Below, in pieces: positions 14,101 to 23,021 of a stretch of DNA of 64,000 nt. Source of the DNA: Owenia fusiformis. Taxonomy: Eukaryota. Every line of letters begins with the position of its first letter. Position 1 is the first letter of the stretch. Below the pieces are notes generated by a model. That model worked only from the letters and a program-made list of their open reading frames with translations. It was not told the DNA's origin and made no database searches. The DNA is taken from assembly GCA_903813345.2 (NCBI GenBank), contig CAIIXF020000001.1, forward strand, positions 37,262,001 to 37,326,000, written 5' to 3'. The position numbers were made by a program, and so were the translations under genes.

Positions 14101-15220
14101 TTCTGAAGGCCCGTCGAGATGCACTGGCTTTAGATTTATCAATGGTGTGTCATCTTCTGTAGACCATCCAGGTTTCATCTCTTGGTTTCCTAAAAATGGA
14201 ATATCTTAAACACACTGTCCATAATATGAATTAATAAGATATCGATTTTATTTTTCAATCACAAATTACACAATATAGATTCCAAATAGGTATAACAAAT
14301 TATTACAAAATAAGCTTATTAGAACTATTTCAAAATTAATAAAATGTTATGCAATTACTAGGGCTATTTTATTCAAATGTATTCAAATGTTTACCTGCGA
14401 AGGTTGGTAGATTTATGTTCTGATCCCAGCCGGGTGGATTAAACAATGTATCAAGGACATTGGGGGTTATATCTAATTCATGATCAGGAGCTGCCTTCTT
14501 CACACAATCAGGGGCTATCTGGTTCACACAATCTTGGGATATCTGGTTCACACAATCGGGGGCTATCTGGTTCAGGCAATTGGGGGCTATCTGGTTCAGG
14601 CAATCGGGGGCTATCTGGTTCAGGCAATCAGGGTTTATCTGATTCACACGATCAGGGGCTATCTGGTTCACACGATCAGGGGCTATCTGGATCACACGAT
14701 CAGGGGCTATCTGGTTCACATAATCAGGGGCTATCTGGTTCACACAATCAGGGTTTATCTGGTTCACACGATCGGGGGCTATCTGGTTCACACGATTAGG
14801 GGCTATCTGGTTTACACAATCATGGGCTATCTGGTTCACGCAATCAGGGTTTATCTGGTTCACACGATCAGGGGCTCTCTGGTTCACACGATCAGGGGCT
14901 ATCTGGTTCGTACAATCAGGGGCTATCTGGTTCACGCAATCAAGGTTTATCTGGTTCACACGATCAGGGGCTATCTGGTTCACACGATCAGGAGCTATCT
15001 GGTTCACACAATCAGGGGCTATCTGGTTCACACAATCAGGGGCTATCTGGTTCACACGGTCTTGGACATTGTCAACATGATCAGTAGATGTCTGTTCCAA
15101 TTTATCTGGACCTGTTTTTTCCAAACAACCAGGGATCGTATTCTCATAATTGTATTGCTCTAGATCAATATTTGCAAACGCTTCGTCATCGGACCAAATA
15201 TCCATATCAACCGTATCCAT
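11188..15220 (-). CDS. Sola1-type DDD transposase fused to an N-terminal 8-aa repeat region and an OTU-like cysteine protease domain (two coding exons, ~1275 aa)
   Basis: Exons 15220-14395 and 14189-11188 are joined by a 205-nt GT..AG phase-1 intron that keeps the frame (TFA-G-NQE-MKPG). Transposase motifs FDLQAVL, YYKRKL, WDESQARRGANEI, WSDTCGGQNRN, FLESGHTQMEVDSVHSNIE. OTU-like motifs VAPHGDCFFEAV ... LAY ... DHYDSV. AATAAA at 11158-11163 on the minus strand. Confidence 0.88.
14490..15065 (-). repeat. Coding 24-bp tandem repeat (23-24 copies) encoding PD[R/C]VNQI[A/N]
   Basis: Unit ATCAGGGGCTATCTGGTTCACAC(G/A) on the + strand; no frame-shifting indel across the array. Confidence 0.95.
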
Positions 15221-16080
15221 TTCTCAACTAAAAAACAAACGTAACATATTGTATGCTTCAAATAAACAGGAAAATAATTATAATTTAAATTAGAATCAAA
15301 ATATAATTTATTTGGGGGGTGGGGGCTATGCCTATGGTATTGGTACAATAAACGTCATGCCCTTTTTTATAATAATGAGTATAATGAGATGCAATAGGAT
15401 ATTATCTTTGTAAGTTAAATAATTGTTTATATATTGTATCAAATAAAAGTGTAAAACTTACCTTATTTATTTAATTTTACACCAGACAAGCAAATAACAT
15501 GTGCTTCACAAGGGGAGATGTACATGGATAGATTAGAATCATTGTAGGCTATTTGTTAGGTGATATCATTGGATGTTGTAACATGAGCTGAATGGAAGTC
15601 AGTGAGATAGGCTTGTAAACTGACCTAGTGGCATCAGGTTACTTCAGTGATCCTCTTGTAGCAGTAGCCAGAAACAGAAAACCAGAAGGTGTTATATGAC
15701 AGATAACACCTTCTTGCATTGTAATTATGCACATAGCCCCTTATAGCTTATAGAGAAATAGCATATCAGCACATAGGCCTTTTTAAAAAACAAAATAACT
15801 CTTTTATTAATCATCAAACTACTTAGATATTTCTACACAAGGTAGATATGATGTATCTGCTTCTGATGGTGTAAAAATCTCATTTTCTTAAAAAATGCAT
15901 ATAGCCCCTTCTGCTTCCAAGCAGGCGTTATTTCATTTTCCAATGTTTTCTGATATTCTTTCGCTTTAAAACTGTTTTAGGTAGTCAAAATGAACCATTT
16001 ATCTAAAAAAATTACTTTACTTTCATTTCACCGTTACTAGAAGTTCCCGGATGTACCAGCGTATTCTTATTAATTTGTTC

Positions 16081-16970
16081 CAGTGTTCGCGCTGGCCATT
16101 AAAATTTCTGAGTCCCAGGGACGCAACCCATTTGAAAAATTTGAGTCCCCATCTAATTTTTTTGCGTCCCTCTTATTTCTTCACAAAGTTTAAGAAATAT
16201 TGTGAAAGTGAAAATAAAGTGGGCGATAATAGAGTGCTTACACTATAATGGGATAAAAATGACATATATTGTAATTTGATGCATCCTCCCGATAAATATC
16301 TATCACTGGGTCCTTTTTACACAATTCTTAAGTAATGTTATACCAAAATAGTCCGAAATGAATAAAGGAAATGCTCAAATTAAGAGTTTTGTTTTCACAT
16401 TTTACAAACCTGCGATCTTGAAGGTCATGTCAAAGTCGTGAACTTATGCTTCTTTTTATTAACATTTCTCCTTATTCTGAAGACTTTTAGATGAAAAACC
16501 TCGATCTATCATTAAACATTTATCTTGATGTATAACATTAGATCATAATGGTTTCTAGTGGAAATGATAAAGACAATCGTGAAAAACAATCGTTTCAATT
16601 TGTGGGGAACCACAGGGGATTTCTGCAATATTGTATGTTTTGATCTTCCATTTCGATTGCGGCATTTTCCGGAATATATCGGAACCAATCTAAATCCATG
16701 TCTCATACTGGAAACCCTGTTAATCTTCGGCATGATAGCCAATCAGATTTGTCGATATAAATATACCTGGATCATTGCTCGTATATCAAGGTAGTGAGTT
16801 TGAAAATCTTGATGAAAATCATGTTTCACCGCTACTGTGCTGCAGTAAAAGTTATCTTGAAGCAGTTTATAATTTTTGCGTCCTAGGGACGTAAGTTGAT
16901 TTTGATTTTTACGTCCAACCTTCTGAAATTTCCGTAAAAATGGCAAAAAACGGCGTCAACGCGAACACTG
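16081..16970. mobile_element. hAT-like MITE with 5-bp TSD
   Basis: TIR CAGTGTTCGCG(C/T)TG; flanked by TGTTC on both sides (16076-16080, 16971-16975); internal GGGACG motifs. Confidence 0.8.
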
Positions 16971-17658
16971 TGTTCTGTTCGGTATTTTAGTGCATTAGCA
17001 TTCAGGATTTCAGTGCACTTTTCTGACTTTTTCTCAATGTACATCGTGATGTGCATCGATGTTTACTAACTGAAAATTGCCAATGCATCGATGTACGATA
17101 AATCACATCGTGACAACACTACTTGGTCCAAATTTCGACGGGGAAGACAAAAAATTTAAAGCAAATGCATGACATGCAATTTGCATAAAAATTCTGAATG
17201 AAATGTGTAGGATTTTTTCAGCACTCCTCTTTTGATGTTTTGCCTTTCATTTCAAGTTGGATGTTCTTCTCTTGAACCATTGATCACGTTTGCTCCTGTA
17301 ATTATTCACTTCTTCACCTCTTTAAATTGTGATTCAAATTGGTTGATCAAATTTTTGGACTTTGACCTCAAATTCGAATATAAATATTTTTTTAGAAAAA
17401 TACTGACTCATTATTATATTTTTAAAAGTCTTTCAAATAAAGTGAAATGAAGCCAAAATCAGCTCAAATTATGCGATGTCGTAAAATGGCGTGACTGGAA
17501 TATGATGCAATCACCTGTGACGTCAGACACTTATTGCCACATTAACAACTAAACAAATGATTAATATAGACTTCACTGATTTGTTGAAAGATCCTTTGCA
17601 TCATTTGTAACGTCATAAACATGTTACCCAACCAACAACTAAACAAATAACAAATAAG

Positions 17659-17871
17659 CAGGCCCGTAGCCAGGGGGGGGGGGGGGTTCGCAGGGTTCTG
17701 ACGTTCCCCCCCCCCCGGCCAAAAATTCTTTCAAAATCATGGAGTTTTTCACCATTTTGAGCACTTCTCAAGTGATTTTAGCCATATTTGGGCCAAAATT
17801 GTCAAATGTGAACCCCCCGTGGAAATTTTTGAAAACTGAACCCCCCTTGGCAAATCCTGGCTACGGGCCTG
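17659..17871. mobile_element. hAT-like MITE with 6-bp TSD
   Basis: TIR CAGGCCCGTAGCCAGG / CCTGGCTACGGGCCTG; duplication AATAAG (17653-17658, 17872-17877). Confidence 0.88.
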
Positions 17872-18231
17872 AATAAGCATATAGGTTTGTTCAGTGCCAT
17901 GCTCTTGGCCTGCATCTTTGTAACTAAATAATGGCTCGGCCTGTATAAATTCTTGATTTTGTGATGTTACTCCTTAAATAGTAAGATCAACGCGATGCAA
18001 GCATATATTACCTATTCAAAGGCACGACTGATCTGATTATTCACGGCTGAAACAGAAATACTGAATTCAACTGCTTGCTTTATTTTTACCAAATATTCAG
18101 CTGCCTCTATACCGATCAATGGTGGTTTTAATGGAAAGTAACGAATAAATAAGATGAAATATGAAAAATGTGTACACCTGGAAATCAGCCATTTGTTCAC
18201 CTTCATTGGGGAATCTCCGGATACTTTAAGG

Positions 18232-19233
18232 AATAAAGAATCACAGGCTGGTATCGAAATATTTGTCCGCTGTGACGGAGCATGCTATTTTTCATAAAAA
18301 CACTAAGAATACTTCACGATTTATTTTTTAACTCATATCTTTCGTTATACCATACAAAATTACTTACTCCATGCAATGGATATATCATTTGCGGGTAACT
18401 TTCACTTCTGTTTGAAGTCCAATTACGCTGGGAAGAAAAGCTATTGAAAATGGCGCCGGAGTATCATACTTCAAAATGTACCATTTCTTGTTTAACTTTC
18501 TAATGGCACGATATAGTGACACGATAATATTTACACATGGTTTCAGCATAACTATGAAGGTATAAATGAGATTTTGATGTATTTGGTCTTTTTAATTCTT
18601 TTATAAAAAATAATGTTTAATTGTTTTGTCCGCTGTGACGGAGCAGTTGCAAATTTGAACTGTGAAAATGCTCCGTCACAGCGGACAAAAAATATTAATA
18701 TTATTTTTTTATAAAAAAATTAAAAAGACCCAATGCATTAATATCTCATTAATACATTCAGAGATATGCTGAAAATATATGTTAATATTATCGTGTCACT
18801 ATATCATGCCATTAAAAAGTTAAAAAAGAAATGGTTCATTTTAGAGTTTGATACTCTGGCGCCGTTTTCAATAGATTTTACTCCTAGCGTTATTGGACTT
18901 CAAACAGTAGTGAAGGTTACACGCAAATGATATATCCATTGCATGGAGTAAGTTATTATCTTTGATATAATGAAACATATGAGTTAAAAAATAAATCGTG
19001 AAGCATTCTTAGTGTTTTTATTAAAAATAGCATGCTCCGTCACAGTGGACAAATCTTTCGATACCAGCCTGTGAGAATCCTGTATCATTCTATATTGTAA
19101 ATATAAAAGCATGAGTGTATGTACTAACCCGTACACATAATGCACAAAGGCGAAGCCTGATTGCATTATCAGAATGGGTTAGTACACACACTCATGCTTT
19201 TATATTTCCAATATGATACATGATTCTTTATTG
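18232..19233. repeat. Short hairpin element (about 165 bp once the Transib-like insert is removed) with central GGCGAAGCC
   Basis: AATAAAGAAT[insert]CCTGTATCAT...AAAAGCATGAGTGT..GTACTAACCC mirrors GGGTTAGTAC..ACTCATGCTTTT...ATGATACATGATTCTTTATT. Confidence 0.7.
18242..19073. mobile_element. Palindromic non-autonomous Transib-like element
   Basis: CACAGGCTGGTATCGAAA ... TTTCGATACCAGCCTGTG, 5-bp duplication AGAAT (18237-18241, 19074-19078); about 400-bp inverted arms with a very short centre near 18655. Confidence 0.82.
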
Positions 19234-19859
19234 CAATTCAAACATGACTGGGGTCAATGATGAAGTTGAACAGTTCACCATGTACATCTTCAAGGTTGTT
19301 GTCTTTGAAGAAATTAAGTTTTTGGAAAAGTTTATTATTTAGAAATACTCAATAGGGGTGATGGGTTACAATTGATATCCATTTGAAAACTATTGAGAAG
19401 GTTTTGTTTGTCAAAATATTTAAGGAAATGGAATAATTAATTTGATGCAGAAAAATTATGAAGAATTAGTTGAAAAGAACACATGGATGATTCGCTTTCA
19501 CCCCCTTTTAAAGAATATCCCTGCTCAACCCATGCATATATCAAAGATTAAATGCACAGCAAAATCATTTTTGTGCATATATCAATCAATTAACACACTG
19601 AAATCCTTTAAGCTGAGACACACTTGGCATGTTTGAATTACTGTTAAACCACCAATTTAGTTATCAAAGAGGCAGCTGAAACTTTCCGTAGTTTCACAAG
19701 CATTTCAAAAAATTTCCCAATTTGAAAGGCTTATTGCTTTTTACAAACACCTGGCATTCGAAGAACGTTTGGTTTAAAGAATTTGTTTCAAAAGTCATAT
19801 TTCAGTGTTTCAAAAGTCAAATTCGATGGTTTATTATTCAAATCTTATTACGTCTAATG

Positions 19860-21821
19860 CCGTTGGCCAATTTTCAAAATGGCTGCTCGTTTAAAAATGG
19901 CGGCCATTTTAGTGCCAATTTTACAGTAATCTAGGTGCAATATGTAAAACTGTAATAGCAATATGTTTTAAATGTAAAAAAATATATAGGACATTAATAA
20001 AGCTAGAATGAAGATATGAAAGAAGCACATGGCAGCCATCTTGAAAAACGGGGGCCTTTACTCGTTATTTTACGATTTTTGCTGTAACTCGAAAAGTAGT
20101 GGAGCGATTTTGTTCATATTTGGTATGTGGATACTATAAGCATTGCACACTGTCTAATTACACTTTTGGTAGAAGGCTGCCATTTTGAAAAATGGCCACC
20201 ATTTTGAAAAATGGCCACCATTTTGAAAAATGGACACCATTTTTACATTTTTTACTATAACTCAAAAACTAGTAGAGCGATTTTGTCCATATTTTATATG
20301 TGAATACTATAAGCATGGCACACTGTCTAATGACACTTTGGGTAGTAGGCGACCATTTTGAAAAATGGCGACCATTTTTACATTTTTTACTATAACTCAA
20401 AAAGTAGTAGAGCGATTTTGTTCATATTTTAAATGTGAATACTATAAGCATGGCACACTGTCTAATGACACTTTGGGTAGTAGGCGACCATTTTGAAAAA
20501 TGGCGACCATTTTTACATTTTTTACTATAACTCAAAAAGTAGTAGAGCGATTTTGTCCATATTTTATATGTGAATACTATAAGCATGGCACACTGTCTAA
20601 TGACACTTTGGGTAGTAGGCGACCATTTTGAAAAATGGCGACCATTTTTACATTTTTTACTATAACTCAAAAAGTAGTAGAGCGATTTTGTTCATATTTT
20701 ATATGTGAATACTATAAGCATGGCACACTGTCTAATGACACTTTTGGTAGAAGGCGGCCATTTTGAAAAATGGCGACCATTTTTACATTTTTTACTATAG
20801 CTCAAAAAGTAGTAGAGCGATTTTGTTCATATTTTATATGTGAATACTATAAGCATGGCACATTGTCTAATGACACTTTGGGTATTGGCGACCATTTTGA
20901 AAAATGGTGACCATTTTTACATTTTTTACTATACTGACTCAAAAAGTAGTAGAGCGATTTTGTTCATATTTTATATGTGAATACTATAAGCATGGCACAC
21001 TGTCTAATGACACTTTGGGTAGTAGGCGACCATTTTGAAAAATGGCGACCATTTTTACATTTTTTACTATACTGACTCAAAAAGTAGTAGAGCGATTTTG
21101 TTCATATTTTATATGTGAATACTATAAGCATGGCACACTGTCTAATGACACTTTGGGTAGTAGGCGACCATTTTGAAAAATGGCGACCATTTTTACATTT
21201 TTTACTATAACTCAAAAAGTAGTAGAGCGATTTTGTTCATATTTTATATGTGAATACTATAAGCATGGCACACTGTCTAATGACACTTTGGGTAGTAGGC
21301 GACCATTTTGAAAAATGGCGACCATTTTTACATTTTTTACTATAACTCAAAAAGTAGTAGAGCGATTTTGTTCATATTTTATATGTGAATACTATAAGCA
21401 TTGCACACTGTCTAATGACACTTTGGGTAGTAGGCAACCATTTTGAAAAATGGTGACCATTTTTACATTTTTTACTATAACTCAAAAAGTAGTAGAGCGA
21501 TTTTGTCCATATTTTATATGTGAATACTATAAGCATGGCACACTGTCTAATGACGCTTTGGGTAGTAGGCAACCATTTTGAAAAATGCCGACCATTTTTA
21601 CATTTTTTACTATAACTCAAAAAGTAGTAGAGCGATTTTGTTCATATTTTATATGTGAATACTATAAGCATTGCACACTGTCTAATGACACTTTGGGTAG
21701 TAGGCAACCATTTTGAAAAATGGTGACCATTTTTACATTTTTTACTATAACTCAAAAAGTAGTAGAGCGATTTTGTCCATATTTTATATGTGAATACTAT
21801 AAGCATGGCACACTGTCTAAT
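19860..21821 (-). repeat. ~120-bp tandem array (about 14 units), inverted relative to 870-2120, preceded by HINE core sequence
   Basis: Reverse complement of the 870-2120 unit; 19870-20100 resembles 22030-22270 of the adjacent HINE. Confidence 0.93.
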
Positions 21822-23021
21822 TATCCCATCGAACGAAGTTCGGAGGGATATAGGGAACGCCTCCGTCCGTCCGTCCGTACGTACGTCCGTCCGTCCGTCC
21901 GTACGTACGTCCGTCCGTCTGTACGTACGTCCGTCCGTCCGTCCGGGCAATAACTCAAATACCGTTGGCCCAATTTTGTTCATATTTTGTACAAATATAC
22001 CCTATGGGGGTAGAAGTTCTGCTCGATAGCCGATTTTCAAAATGGCCGCTCATTTCAAAATGGCGGCCATTTTAGTGCCGATTTTACAGTAATTTAGGTG
22101 TAATATGTAAAACTGTAATAGCAATATGTTTTAAATGTAAAAATATTATAAAGGACATTAATAATGCTACAAATGTAGATATTAAAGAAGCACATGGCAG
22201 CCATCTTGAAAAATGGCGGCCTTTACTCGTCATTTTACGATTTTTGCTATAACTCAAAAAATAGTGGAGCGATTTTGTTCATATTTGGCATGTGAATACT
22301 ATAAGCATTGCACACTGTCTAAAAACACTTTTGGTAGAAGGCGGCCATTTTGAAAAATGGCCGCCATTTTAACGTATTTTACTATAACTCGAAAAGTAGT
22401 GGAGCAATTTTGTTCATATTTGGTATGTGAATACTATAAGTATGGCACACTGTCCTATGACACTTTTGGTAGAAGGCGGCCATTTTGAAAAAAATTTTGA
22501 AAAATGGCCGCCATTTTAACGTATTTTACTATAACTCGAAAAGTAGTGGAGTGATTTTGTTCATATTTGGTATGTGAATACTATAAGCATGGCACACTGT
22601 CTATTTCTAATGACACTTTTGGTAGACGGTGGCCATTTTGAAAAATGGCCACCATTTTAACATATTTTACTATAACTCGAAAAGTAGTGGAGCGATTTTG
22701 CTCATATTTGATATGTGAATACTTTAAGCATGGCACATTGTCTAATAAAACTTTGGGGAGTAGTTGGCCATTTTGAAAAATGGCCACCATTTTTATGTGT
22801 GTAATTTTACAAGTACGTGTGAGATTTTTCAAAAATTTTAGAGGTGGCTACTTAAAAGCATATTATTTCTTCTGATGACAACTTGGCTAGTGAGCAACCA
22901 TTTTGAAAATGGTGGCCTTTCTGGTGTGTTGTTTTATGATATTTGCTATTCGTTTGTAAAAATGCCAGCCATTTCTGTTCGATGTGATTCGCTACGCTTT
23001 GGCGTTGCCGTTGTTCTGGTT
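21822..23021 (+). mobile_element. Complete HINE/DINE-1-like element inserted into the 120-bp array
   Basis: 5' hairpin TATCCCATCGAAC-GAA-GTTCGGAGGGATA, (GTCC/GTAC)n microsatellite 21862-21945, core repeats, 3' sub-TIR TTCGATGTGAT (22978-22988) plus short stem-loop; the array unit CTAAT|ACACTTTGGG resumes at 23022. Confidence 0.85.

Larger units (their letters stand above)
10365..15927 (-). mobile_element. Full-length Sola1-type DNA transposon (5563 bp), apparently autonomous
   Basis: 27-bp perfect TIR CGCCTGCTTGGAAGCAGAAGGGGCTAT (imperfect to about 38 bp); 4-bp duplication TTAT (10361-10364, 15928-15931); encodes an uninterrupted transposase ORF. Confidence 0.92.
9530..17121. mobile_element. 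Non-autonomous hAT element with 8-bp TSD, host of two further insertions
   Basis: TIR TAGTGTTGTCGCGAT / ATCGTGACAACACTA (14 of 15 match); perfect 8-bp duplication CTTGGTCC (9522-9529, 17122-17129); sub-terminal CATCG/CGATG motifs. Confidence 0.9.
9429..17185. mobile_element. Second, inverted and decayed copy of the 6926-7422 MITE family, split by a 7.6-kb nested insertion
   Basis: 9429-9529 aligns to the reverse complement of the right end of 6926-7422 and resumes at 17130 (AAATTT) after the inserted element; the far end is degenerate. Confidence 0.65.

Noticed and set aside
14490..15065. CRISPR-like appearance of regular short repeats (also 2125-4310)
   Set aside because: Units are head-to-tail with no unique spacers, there are no cas genes, and the context is eukaryotic; these are minisatellites.
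14446..15163. Plus-strand ORFs 14446..14799 and 14480..15163
   Set aside because: Open only because the 24-bp repeat lacks stops; the minus frame has the splice link to the transposase.
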